From positions 207,009 through 271,008 of the forward strand of contig JAXGMA010000001.1 in assembly GCA_040768905.1 (NCBI GenBank): 64,000 nucleotides of DNA, written 5' to 3'. Each line of letters starts with the position of its first letter. Positions within the stretch are counted from its first letter, which is position 1. The position numbers and the translations under genes were made by a program. The stretch comes from Christensenellales bacterium. Lineage in GTDB: Bacteria; Bacillota; Clostridia; Christensenellales; SZUA-584. The notes beneath the pieces are model-generated. The model ran no database searches. It had not been told where the DNA came from and worked only from the letters and a program-made list of their open reading frames with translations. This document shows, piece by piece, positions 10,764 to 20,044 of the stretch.

Positions 10764-11471
10764 ATGTATTGTTGTGGATTATGTGCAAAAAAAACACCGT
10801 GCAATACCGCAGGACAGGAGAACTTGCCTGCAAACTGCCCGTGCAACGAACCCGATATCAAAGAAAAGAGCAAGGCAGGTTATACCGGAGAGAATGGCAA
10901 GATTGCCGATGCGGCAGCCAAGACTGAATATGAGGGTTACTGCAAACGCACAAGACTGGAAGAGATCATGGAATTTGCCGAAAACATGGGATACAGACAC
11001 GTTGGCATTGCGCATTGCATCGGATTGAAAGCGGAAGCAGGCATTGCGTATAAAATATTTAAAGCCAACGGCTTTGAAGTGGATACAGTCGCCTGCAAGG
11101 CCGGAACGTTTTCGAAAAAGGAGCTTGGACATGGAGACTTTCAGATAAACAAAGACTGGGAAGGGGTCTGCAACCCCATTGGACAGGCTTTGTATCTTGA
11201 AAAAGCAGGCTGCGAACTTGCTGTCATACTGGGGCTATGCGTGGGCCATGATACACTTTTCATCAAGAATACGAAGCTGCCGGTGACCTATCTGGTCGTC
11301 AAAGACAGAGTGCTCGGGCATAATCCTGTGCAGGCGCTCTATCTGTCCGAATCTTATCTGAAAGCAAAGCTTTACCCACCGACGAGACAAAAAGGCAATA
11401 TCTCAGACTGCCCGACGCAGCCTGCAATCATTCATCCCGACTCTCTGGCAATGACGCACAAAGAACATTGA
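10764..11471 (+). CDS. Cys-rich putative metal-binding protein (DUF1847-like)
   Basis: ATG at 10764 lies 7 nt after GGAGG. N-terminus MYCCGLCAKKTPCNT...NCPC, later GLCVGHD. The family assignment is from memory only. Confidence 0.45.
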   Translation: MYCCGLCAKKTPCNTAGQENLPANCPCNEPDIKEKSKAGYTGENGKIADAAAKTEYEGYCKRTRLEEIMEFAENMGYRHVGIAHCIGLKAEAGIAYKIFKANGFEVDTVACKAGTFSKKELGHGDFQINKDWEGVCNPIGQALYLEKAGCELAVILGLCVGHDTLFIKNTKLPVTYLVVKDRVLGHNPVQALYLSESYLKAKLYPPTRQKGNISDCPTQPAIIHPDSLAMTHKEH

Positions 11472-11501
11472 AAAGTGTGCAGATCTTACGATAAGACAAA
11501 A

Positions 11502-11540
11502 GCGCCTTTGCGGCAAACAGCTTGTTGCCTCCGAAGGCGC
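11502..11540. terminator. compound hairpin between convergent genes
   Basis: GCGCCTT...AAGGCGC outer stem enclosing GGCAA...TTGCC. Sits between the + gene end (11471) and the - gene end (11641). T-run is weak. Confidence 0.4.
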
Positions 11541-11640
11541 CTGTTTCAACCCGTAAATATCTTGACTATAATAATCCGAAGTCGTCTCCAGTTGTCTGCA
11601 AAAGGCAAATACGCTCAAACCAATGAGCTCTTGCGAATTG

Positions 11641-13206
11641 CTATTTGATTTTTTTCAGTTTGCGCAATAACAGCATAACGCCTGTTCCGACAATACCGGC
11701 TCCCAGCACACCGATCAGAATACCGCCCCACACAGGAAACCCGTTTGCCTGGGTTTCAGATACAGCGGCCACATCTTGAACAGCTTCTTCGTCAGCAGCC
11801 TTAAAAGTGGGCAGCGGGGTCTCCAAGACCACTGCGCTTTCTGAAGGCAAAGCAGAGGGTTCGGCTGAAAGGGTTGTTGTTTTGACACGTGTGTATTCGC
11901 GTATATCCACATCGTTGGTGAAGGCCGGTGATGACACGCGGTAATCGATACCCACGCGGTATTGATACACCGTATCAGGCGACAAACCTGTATGCACATA
12001 CGTTTGCTGGGATTTATCAATATCCGCGAGCTTGTGCAGGCCGCCGTCGTCCTTATAGACCACATATCCTTTGACTGTCCATGTTGCACCGTCTTTTGAA
12101 CCGTCTTCTCCGGGCTGCCAAGTGAGTGTCACAGAGTCGGCGGCGGGTGTTGCCATAAGTTCTGTGACTGGTTTTAGCTGGCGCAGATAGTATTTTTCCA
12201 TGCTCACAGTATCCTCAATCAGCTTGCGGTTTTTTGAGCCTGAAGACATATCGATAAAGTTAAACTCCACATTGATAAAATCATAGTCATGGTCATCAAA
12301 ACTTGAAGGCAGCGAGGTCAAGCGGTTGAACATCACGTCCACCAGATAAAGAGTTGCCGCGTCGCCTATCGATTTAGGGAGCGAGCCCAAACGGTTGTTT
12401 TTTGCAGTCAGCGTTTTCAGGCCATAACCTAATCCGGAAGGCAGGTTATACAAGCTGTTGTCTGAGACAGAGAGGTGCAGCAATGCCGGGAGTGTGCATA
12501 TGGCGGCAGGCAACGATTCTAGTTTGTTCCCTGAAAGATTCAGTCTTTTCAAACCGATCATATTGGCAATATCCGACGACAATGAAGCCAGTTTGTTATC
12601 TGATAGATTAAGGTCTTGTAAGGCTGTCAAAGCAAACAGCCAATCTGGCAATTTGCTAATGCCGTTTCCGCTCAAATCCAGCTGTCTCCATGTGCCGCTG
12701 GGGTCTGTCATGGTATCTGGCAGTGTCTTGATGCTGTTTTTCGAGAGATCAAGGAATCGCAAATTGGGCGGCAGTTTGCCGGATGGCCATGAAGCAAGAC
12801 TGCATTTTGAAAGCCTGAGGGTTTGAAGCGCACCCATGCCCGTCATAGACGGCAGATTCGTAAGATCATTTCTTGACAGGCTCAAGTAGGTGATATTCTT
12901 GCAGTATTGTACACCCTCAGCGTTTGCAATGCTTTTGTTTTCAAGGTTAACAGAACCGCTCAGCGCAGCCAAATCAGATTGATAAATCTCTTCCGCTGCG
13001 GGAACGCCGGTCAGTGTATGCAGTGCAGCCCGAAGGTTGGCATCAGGAATGTTGACGACAAAGTCCAGAGGCGTTATCGGGAACGTCGGTCTTGGTATAG
13101 GAATAAGGGTGACCATGGGGGGATGATCGGCATAAACAGTGAAAGGCAAAGAGGACACAGCAAGCACAACAAAGACGACCGTCAGAAAGAAAAACAGCTT
13201 TTTCAT
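11641..13206 (-). CDS. surface-anchored leucine-rich-repeat protein with FN3-like domain and C-terminal TM anchor
   Basis: 521 aa. N-terminal signal peptide, then about 10 or more LRRs of LxxLxLSxNxLxxLP type. An FN3-like segment follows (SVTLTWQP...YQYRV). The C-terminus has a hydrophobic helix followed by RKLKKIK. Confidence 0.8.
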   Translation of the reverse strand: MKKLFFFLTVVFVVLAVSSLPFTVYADHPPMVTLIPIPRPTFPITPLDFVVNIPDANLRAALHTLTGVPAAEEIYQSDLAALSGSVNLENKSIANAEGVQYCKNITYLSLSRNDLTNLPSMTGMGALQTLRLSKCSLASWPSGKLPPNLRFLDLSKNSIKTLPDTMTDPSGTWRQLDLSGNGISKLPDWLFALTALQDLNLSDNKLASLSSDIANMIGLKRLNLSGNKLESLPAAICTLPALLHLSVSDNSLYNLPSGLGYGLKTLTAKNNRLGSLPKSIGDAATLYLVDVMFNRLTSLPSSFDDHDYDFINVEFNFIDMSSGSKNRKLIEDTVSMEKYYLRQLKPVTELMATPAADSVTLTWQPGEDGSKDGATWTVKGYVVYKDDGGLHKLADIDKSQQTYVHTGLSPDTVYQYRVGIDYRVSSPAFTNDVDIREYTRVKTTTLSAEPSALPSESAVVLETPLPTFKAADEEAVQDVAAVSETQANGFPVWGGILIGVLGAGIVGTGVMLLLRKLKKIK

Positions 13207-13567
13207 TGTTAACCCTCCTTAAAAAGAGTTCGTTAAACCGAAGGCAACAAACAGGATCAAGTATCAAGATGCAAAGACACGGAAGAGAGATTGTAACAGA
13301 AGAAGCATGAAATCAACTTCATTATACTGCGGACAAATTAAAAATCAAGCGGATTTTTTGTGTGGAAGAAACATGAATAAAAGCACGTTAACAAACAAGT
13401 TGTAGGACTTGACGGGCAAGCCAATCACGCCTAAAAACCAAGTTGACAACTAGAAAATAAAAACGGTATTTGCCGTTATATTGACATGCATTCAGCTGTG
13501 TATATAATAGCATTACGGCAGAGTCGAAAAATATATCTGCGAAATGCCGAACCAATTGGAGAAAAAT

Positions 13568-13843
13568 ATGATGATAAGCGTTCATATCGTCGTCCGCGGC
13601 GATGTCCAAGGAGTGGGGTTTCGCTATTTCACCCAAAAAAGCGCACAGCTTTTCGGTATCAACGGCTGGGTTTTGAACAAATCGGACGGCACAGTCGAGA
13701 TCGATGCTGAAGGCAGCGCAGCAGCGATGGATAATTTCATTGCGGCAATCAAAAAAGGAAACCGTTTTTCCGTCGTTGAAGCGGCGGATACGGAGTTTAA
13801 GAAAGAAATCATGCATTACAGGTCTTTTGAGATCATTGACTGA
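13568..13843 (+). CDS. acyP: acylphosphatase
   Basis: VRGDVQGVGFRYFT signature. The ATG at 13568 follows GGAG; the 13544 start is also possible. Confidence 0.85.
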   Translation: MMISVHIVVRGDVQGVGFRYFTQKSAQLFGINGWVLNKSDGTVEIDAEGSAAAMDNFIAAIKKGNRFSVVEAADTEFKKEIMHYRSFEIID

Positions 13844-13869
13844 CAAAAAGGCTTGATGGAGGAAATGCT

Positions 13870-14277
13870 ATGGACGCAAAGGAAAATATTCTGTGTTCGC
13901 TCCGGCAAAAGGGCTTGCGGGTCACCCAGCAGAAGAGCGTAATCATTGATGTGCTTGTCACTCACAGCGACCGGATGCTTTCCGCCAATGATATCGCTGA
14001 TGCATTGGGCTCGCTTTTGGACAACGCCACAGTTTACCGCAATATGCGCAAATTTTTAGAACTTGGTATCGTGGAATCGATGGTAGACAACAAGGGCGTC
14101 CAGCGTTATAAGATCTGTGACGGGACTCATCACCACCACCTTGTATGCACATCATGCGGGCGTATCATCAACTTTCCCTGCGACACGCCGTTCTGGCGTT
14201 GTGTTGCTGAGCAGCATGCTTTTAAGGAGTCTTTTCACAGGATAGAGGTTTTCGGTATTTGCGCAAACTGCCGTTAA
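13870..14277 (+). CDS. zur: Fur-family metalloregulator, probably Zur
   Basis: 135 aa. Winged-helix N-terminus, HHHHLVCTSCG...CANC metal sites. Directly upstream of the znuACB-like operon. Confidence 0.75.
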   Translation: MDAKENILCSLRQKGLRVTQQKSVIIDVLVTHSDRMLSANDIADALGSLLDNATVYRNMRKFLELGIVESMVDNKGVQRYKICDGTHHHHLVCTSCGRIINFPCDTPFWRCVAEQHAFKESFHRIEVFGICANCR

Positions 14278-14303
14278 AAGACAAAATACGCCAAACTATC
14301 GTC

Positions 14304-14332
14304 TTGACAGCGCGTTTTGCGCATGCTAACAT
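14304..14332 (+). promoter_or_regulatory. candidate promoter of the zinc ABC operon
   Basis: TTGACA (14304-14309), 17-nt spacer, TAACAT (14327-14332). Confidence 0.5.
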
Positions 14333-14334
14333 TT

Positions 14335-14357
14335 TTATTGCAAAGCTATTGCAATAA
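14335..14357. promoter_or_regulatory. perfect 9-5-9 inverted repeat, candidate metalloregulator operator
   Basis: TTATTGCAA-agcta-TTGCAATAA lies between the -10 element and the RBS of the substrate-binding protein gene. Confidence 0.5.
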
Positions 14358-14367
14358 GGAGGAGGCC

Positions 14368-15300
14368 ATGCGAAAATGCGCAGCTGCATTATTGACTGTT
14401 TTTATTCTGGCTTCGTTAGCTGCATGCAGCGCCGCTGAAACGGCCGCATCTTTGGAGCCTACAGAAGAAAAGCTCACAGTGGCTGTGGGCATCGCGCCGC
14501 ACGCTTCTTTTGTGGAGGCCGTAGCCGGCGATCTGGCCAAAGTGGTCACCATGGTGCCGCCGGGCGATAATCCGGAAACCTTTCAGCCTACCATGACCCA
14601 AATGCAGGCGCTTTCTGATGCCGCTGTTTATTTCTCACAGGATCTGCCGACAGAGGAAGCCAGTATACTGCCCAAATTGCCCGACTTCAATCAGGATATT
14701 GTCGTAGTCGATCTTTTTGCCGCTGTGGCCAAAGAGTATCCTTTGCTGCCCTCAGCGCACAGCCATGGACATGATGATGATGACGATGAAGAATTTTCGC
14801 ATAAAGAAGAATACGACCACCATCTTTGGCTTTCGCCAAAAAGGGCTGCTGCAATGGTGCAGACAATCGTGGATACGTTGTGCGGGCTTAACGAAGCCAA
14901 CGCTGAGATTTTCAGGGCCAACGCAAAGCGTTATATCGCAGAGCTTGAAGAACTGGACGCAGAGTTGAAAACAACATTATCAAGCCTTGGGAACAAGAGC
15001 TTTATCATCTATCATTCTGCGTATGCTTATTTCGCTGATGATTACGGGCTTGAGATGATAGGTATAGAAATTGAAGGCAAACAGGCCACAGCGGCGGAAC
15101 TTAAGAAGGTTATTGCGCTTGCGAGGCAGCTTGGCATCAAAACGGTGTTCTACCAGCAGGAATTTGACGGGAATCAGGCGCGCACCATCGCTGAAGAAAT
15201 CAGCGGGACCGCCATGCAGGCGGCGCCGCTTTCTCCGGACTACACTGGCGCACTGCGAAAATTCGCGGCAGCGCTTACAGGGCAGGCGGAAAATGAATGA
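14368..15300 (+). CDS. znuA: zinc/metal ABC transporter substrate-binding lipoprotein (ZnuA/AdcA family)
   Basis: ATG at 14368 follows AGGAGGAGG. Lipobox LAAC. His/Asp-rich loop HSHGHDDDDDEEFSHKEEYDHH, typical of zinc-specific cluster A-I binding proteins. Confidence 0.85.
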   Translation: MRKCAAALLTVFILASLAACSAAETAASLEPTEEKLTVAVGIAPHASFVEAVAGDLAKVVTMVPPGDNPETFQPTMTQMQALSDAAVYFSQDLPTEEASILPKLPDFNQDIVVVDLFAAVAKEYPLLPSAHSHGHDDDDDEEFSHKEEYDHHLWLSPKRAAAMVQTIVDTLCGLNEANAEIFRANAKRYIAELEELDAELKTTLSSLGNKSFIIYHSAYAYFADDYGLEMIGIEIEGKQATAAELKKVIALARQLGIKTVFYQQEFDGNQARTIAEEISGTAMQAAPLSPDYTGALRKFAAALTGQAENE

Positions 15301-15970
15301 TGCGGTAACATTTGACAACGTTCGTTATTGTTATGATAATGTCTGTGCACTCGATGATGTGCGTTTGTCCGTGCCGGCCCATGCACTGACAGCACTCGTG
15401 GGGCCAAACGGCGGCGGAAAGAGTACATTGATCCGTCTGATGGCAGGTCTGCTGACGCCGGACGCGGGAGTCGTCAGCGGCTGCAGATCTGTCGGTTATG
15501 TGTCGCAGCACATTGGTTTTGACAACAGCTTTCCGCTCACGGTGCGCGAACTTGTGCTCATGGGTACGCTTGATCCGAAGCTCAGGGCTTATTACCGCTA
15601 CACAGCTGAACAGAAAGGGGCTGCGGATGAAGCGATTTGCCGTGTCGGGCTCACTCATGTTGCCGGAAGGGGCATCGAACAGCTTTCCGGCGGCCAGCGC
15701 GGGCGTGCGCTGATAGCGCGGGCGCTTGCCTCCAAAGCCGATATCCTCGCGCTTGATGAGCCGGACGCCAGCCTTGACATCGATGCCGCGCGGGAACTGT
15801 ATGCGCTGCTGCTGACACTCAAAACAGATAAAACCATTGTGATCGCCAGCCATCATGTGGGTGCCGTTCTTGACATTGCCGATTATGCTGCTTATGTCAA
15901 GGGAACAGTGTCGTGTTTTCTGTCACCTGACCGGCTCAAAACCAAACTCAAAGGAGGCATGGTGCTGTGA
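15293..15970 (+). CDS. znuC: metal ABC transporter ATP-binding protein
   Basis: Start MNDAVTFDNV at 15293 overlaps the znuA stop. Walker A GPNGGGKST, signature LSGGQ, Walker B ILALDEP. Confidence 0.85.
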   Translation: MNDAVTFDNVRYCYDNVCALDDVRLSVPAHALTALVGPNGGGKSTLIRLMAGLLTPDAGVVSGCRSVGYVSQHIGFDNSFPLTVRELVLMGTLDPKLRAYYRYTAEQKGAADEAICRVGLTHVAGRGIEQLSGGQRGRALIARALASKADILALDEPDASLDIDAARELYALLLTLKTDKTIVIASHHVGAVLDIADYAAYVKGTVSCFLSPDRLKTKLKGGMVL

Positions 15971-16827
15971 TAGAGGCGATTCTTGATTATGCGTTTATGC
16001 GCAATGCGCTTTTGGCAGCTGTGCTCGCAAGTATTGCAGGCGGCATAATCGGTACCATTGCAATAGAAAAAAAGCTGATCAGTATGTCCGGCGGAATCGC
16101 GCACGCATCCTTTGGCGGGATAGGGCTTGGGTATCTTCTTGGCTTCGAGCCAATCATCGGAGGGCTTGCCTTTGCCGTTGGCATTTCTGCGTTGATCGCT
16201 AAAATACCGCCGAACACGCGTATGAAAGCAGACACCATGACGGGTATACTCTGGTCGTTCGGCATGGCACTTGGGATATTGTTCATTGCACTTCGGCCAG
16301 GCTATATGCCCGATATGACAAGTTACCTATTCGGAGACATACTCTCTGTGTCCACGCAGTCACTTGTCCTAATGGCGGTTTTTACGGGTGCGCTGGTGCT
16401 TGTCTTTACGATGTTTTTCAATCACATGGCGCTGTACCTGTTCGACGAAGAATACGCGGCGGCAGCCGGCATCAAGACGTCTGTGCTCAAATGGGTCACA
16501 TACATCATCATACCCGTTGGCATCATCGTGCTTCTTCGGATCGTGGGTATATTGCTGACCATCGCCCTCATGACGATACCTGTATCGGTTGCCAAAATGT
16601 TCTTCAGGTCTTTCGGGCGCGTCATTATTTTTTCAATTGTATTCAGCCTGTTGTTTTGCCTGGCAGGGCTGACAGTTTCCTATTATATCAACATACCCTC
16701 AGGCGTTTGTATCATTGTTTTAAGTACGGCGGTTTATCTTGTGCTGCTGCTTTTGCGCGGCGGCGCATCAAAATGGCTGCACCAGATAAAAAAGCATGCC
16801 GAGCCAGCAAAACCAGTCAACCGCTGA
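15967..16827 (+). CDS. znuB: metal ABC transporter permease (ABC-3 family)
   Basis: 286 aa, multi-TM. GTGA overlap with znuC. Confidence 0.85.
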   Translation: MIEAILDYAFMRNALLAAVLASIAGGIIGTIAIEKKLISMSGGIAHASFGGIGLGYLLGFEPIIGGLAFAVGISALIAKIPPNTRMKADTMTGILWSFGMALGILFIALRPGYMPDMTSYLFGDILSVSTQSLVLMAVFTGALVLVFTMFFNHMALYLFDEEYAAAAGIKTSVLKWVTYIIIPVGIIVLLRIVGILLTIALMTIPVSVAKMFFRSFGRVIIFSIVFSLLFCLAGLTVSYYINIPSGVCIIVLSTAVYLVLLLLRGGASKWLHQIKKHAEPAKPVNR

Positions 16828-16967
16828 GTAGCCGCGAGTTATTCTGGTCAGCCAAATCATTGATATCTGCAGCAGGCCCCGCAGCAGATGTTCCGTTATG
16901 GTGTTTGTGATTAGACTTATGGTGGTATGTATAAAAGCAGGATTCATAGATATGAGGTAGATGCGGA

Positions 16968-19943
16968 TTGATCGGTACGAAAGACAGTTTTTTCAATAAT
17001 GACGCGTTGCTGATCCTTGATGAAGACAGAAAGATCAAGGCCTGCAACAAGGAATTTTTATGTTTGTTTGGCTTTGATGCGCTGCCGGTTGGTGCTTCTT
17101 TTGACGCCTTTTTTAATATGGCAAATGGGGCATGGCATAAGCTAGCTTGCTGGCAGCCTTTTGTCTGTGAACAGCGGGAAAGCCGCAAAAAGGTTCATGG
17201 AATGATGTTTTGCGAAAAAAACAGGATCCGCATGGTTTTTTCTGTTCTGACGAATGATGAGAGCTTTTATGAAGTCATGCCGGATGCGCAGTTTTCGTCG
17301 CTCTTTTCTCAAATGAAAGAAGGCGTGGCCGTACACAGTCTTCATTTTCAAAACGGCAAGGCAGCAGATTATGTGATCGAGCATTTTAACGAAAGCTTTG
17401 CAGAGTTATTTGGGATCGACCCTCATATGGCAGCCGGCCAAAAAGCCAGCTGTATTTTTAATACCAAAAAAGCACCTTTTTTAAAAAAGTTTGAAAAAGT
17501 TGTCGAGGCAACCAAGCCCACACGATTCGACACGTTCTATGGGGGTTCAGGGAGGCATTATCTTATTTCTGTGACGCCGTTTTCCAAGAACCGCTTCGCA
17601 ACAGTCGTTTCCGATCTGTCAGAAAGCAGGCACTCGCAGCTGCTGTATAAAGCACTTAATAAGGCCGCGGCTGTCATCTCAAGCAGTTCAGAAACAGATA
17701 ATGTGTTTGAATCAGCGGCTCAGATACTCAGAGAATACAACTTTGAATGTATGCTCATGCCGATAGAGGACGGAGCGGCTGTCAATAAGACGTATTTAAG
17801 TTTTGGAGGGATTAAAACCATTCAGTATCCCGAGCAGATTCCTGCAGTCGATGCTTTTTATTCAAAGGTCATGAGAGACCGGCGCGCCGTATATGTGGAA
17901 AGTCTCGACTTGCCCTTATCAATGCTGCCTCAAGGAGTCCGCGGTCATACAAACTGTATCGCTTCGCCGCTTGTTATAGACAACATATTAGCGGGGCTTT
18001 TTGTGATCATGTCATGCGGTTTAAAGCAAAGAGATACGGAAGCCGTTACGGCATTTACCAACCAGCTTGCAGCGATTCTGGAAAAAGCCGCGTTGATCAG
18101 CAGCCTTAAAAAGCATATTAAAGAGCTTGAGCGCTCCAAACAAGAATACGCCAATGTGGCTGAGAGGCTAAATATGGCATCTCAAGCAAGCCGCGTTGGC
18201 ATCTGGGATATTGATCTTATAAGAAATGCTGAGTATATGGATAACGCGCTGCAGAAGATATACGGGCTTGAGCCCGGTGAGTTTGACGGCAAAATCTCGT
18301 CATGGGAAAAATTTGTCCACCCGGACGATCAGGAACGCGTTGCCAGGGCATATCGTGAAGCAATTTGCAAAGGGCGAGACTATTCGGCAGAGTACCGCAT
18401 TGTTTTGCAGGACGGCACACTGCGCTATATCAGCAGCATGGGCATCGTGTATCAGGACGACGCAGGGCAGCCGGTTCGTATGGTGGGTACGGATTGGGAC
18501 ATTACAGAACGCAAAAAAACTGAACTGGCCTTGCTGGCAGAAAAAGAGCTTTTAAAAACCACGCTTCAATCCATCGGCGACGGTGTCATGGTGACGGACA
18601 GCGAAGGGCGCATCACGCTTGCCAATGCCCAGTTTTCGCGTATCTGCGGAACAGCGCTGGGAGATATTCAAGGAAGCACACTGGGGAAAGTGCTGGAGGG
18701 GATTTACAGGCTGGATGGGGGGCTTTGCCGATTGCCTGAAAAAACGCTGCTTACAGGCCGTACGATGAAGGGCACAGACTGCGTGCTGGTACGCAATGAC
18801 GGCAAAACGGTGCCCGTGGCTTATACTGTGACGCCGATAAGGGACAACGAGGCAGCCATTTGCGGTGCGGTGCTCGTGATGCGCAGTATAGAAGAGGAAA
18901 AGAAAAAACAAAAGAAGATTGATTACCTCGTGCATCACGACCCCTTAACGGGCGTTTATAACCGGCGTTATTTTGAATTAATGGTTAAGAAGCTTGATAA
19001 AAAGACCAACCTGCCGTTATCGGTGCTCAGCTGCGATGTCAACGGCTTAAAGCTGGCCAATGATGCTTTCGGGCACAGTGCAGGGGACAGGCTCTTAAAG
19101 CGAATGGCTTCTATCATGACAAGAATAAGCCGGCCCGGAGATGTTGTAGCACGTGTGGGTGGGGATGAGTTTTTTATACTCATGCCGAATGCGGACAAAG
19201 AACAGGCGGCGCTGTTTTGTGACAAGATCAAGACGCTTGCGGCAAAAAAACGGACGGGGCCGATCGAAGATTCTTTATCTGTGGGTTTTGGCACCAAAAT
19301 GCAACCGGAGGAGAGTATTCATACGGTCATCAACATGGCCGAAAGCGACATGTACCGCAATAAAACAAATGAGAGCCCTAAGATGAGAGACAAATCGATC
19401 AAGGGCATACTCAGCACACTTTATGAGAGGTTTCCCGATTTGCCCAATAACGTCAACCGCGTAGGTCATTTGTGCTGCGGTCTTGCCAGACAACTCGGGC
19501 TTGGCGAGCGAGAAATAGCTGACATCAGGTTGCTTGCGATGATGCATGAAATAGGCAATATATCTGTTGATCAGAATATACTGAAAAAACCGGGCAAACT
19601 GGATCAAGAAGAATGGAAACAGGTCAAGCGCCATCCCGAGGTCGGCTTTCGTATATTGCTCGCTTTTAATGAGACGGCACATCTCGCCGGCAGTGTGCTG
19701 TCACATCACGAACGCTATGACGGACACGGTTACCCGAACGGCGTATGCGGTGAACAGATACCTCTGATATCACGGATCGTCGCAGTGGCAGGCGCTTATG
19801 ATGCCATGACCAATGACCGCCCATACCGCAAAGCGTTTTCTCATGAAATGGCGCTTGAGGAAATTGAAAAAAACAAAGGGGCGCAGTTTGACCCTGTGAT
19901 CGCAGAGGAATTTTTACGCATGATGGGCAAACAAATCGTGTAA
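16968..19943 (+). CDS. multi-PAS sensor protein with GGDEF diguanylate cyclase and HD-GYP phosphodiesterase domains
   Basis: 991 aa, TTG start. PAS-like segments. I-site plus active site RPGDVVARVGGDEF. HD-GYP motifs (MMHEIG, HHERYDGHGYP). Confidence 0.85.
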   Translation: MIGTKDSFFNNDALLILDEDRKIKACNKEFLCLFGFDALPVGASFDAFFNMANGAWHKLACWQPFVCEQRESRKKVHGMMFCEKNRIRMVFSVLTNDESFYEVMPDAQFSSLFSQMKEGVAVHSLHFQNGKAADYVIEHFNESFAELFGIDPHMAAGQKASCIFNTKKAPFLKKFEKVVEATKPTRFDTFYGGSGRHYLISVTPFSKNRFATVVSDLSESRHSQLLYKALNKAAAVISSSSETDNVFESAAQILREYNFECMLMPIEDGAAVNKTYLSFGGIKTIQYPEQIPAVDAFYSKVMRDRRAVYVESLDLPLSMLPQGVRGHTNCIASPLVIDNILAGLFVIMSCGLKQRDTEAVTAFTNQLAAILEKAALISSLKKHIKELERSKQEYANVAERLNMASQASRVGIWDIDLIRNAEYMDNALQKIYGLEPGEFDGKISSWEKFVHPDDQERVARAYREAICKGRDYSAEYRIVLQDGTLRYISSMGIVYQDDAGQPVRMVGTDWDITERKKTELALLAEKELLKTTLQSIGDGVMVTDSEGRITLANAQFSRICGTALGDIQGSTLGKVLEGIYRLDGGLCRLPEKTLLTGRTMKGTDCVLVRNDGKTVPVAYTVTPIRDNEAAICGAVLVMRSIEEEKKKQKKIDYLVHHDPLTGVYNRRYFELMVKKLDKKTNLPLSVLSCDVNGLKLANDAFGHSAGDRLLKRMASIMTRISRPGDVVARVGGDEFFILMPNADKEQAALFCDKIKTLAAKKRTGPIEDSLSVGFGTKMQPEESIHTVINMAESDMYRNKTNESPKMRDKSIKGILSTLYERFPDLPNNVNRVGHLCCGLARQLGLGEREIADIRLLAMMHEIGNISVDQNILKKPGKLDQEEWKQVKRHPEVGFRILLAFNETAHLAGSVLSHHERYDGHGYPNGVCGEQIPLISRIVAVAGAYDAMTNDRPYRKAFSHEMALEEIEKNKGAQFDPVIAEEFLRMMGKQIV

Positions 19944-20044
19944 CAGTCTGGTCGATAAGATATAATATATGCATAGAAAAAGGCTGCGTTCAGCGGTGAA
20001 TTTTATATAATCACAGCATCCAGTGGATGGTCAGGAGATACGGA

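Noticed and set aside
15071-15292. Long N-terminal extensions offered by the ORF track (znuC here; also 9442 ackA, 40388 udk-like, 43137 rbgA, 43981 rnhB, 53853 trmFO, 55187 hslV, 14317 znuA)
   Set aside because: The extensions overlap the preceding genes, are Arg-rich or out of character, and lack an RBS. Internal ATGs coincide with conserved family N-termini and Shine-Dalgarno sequences.
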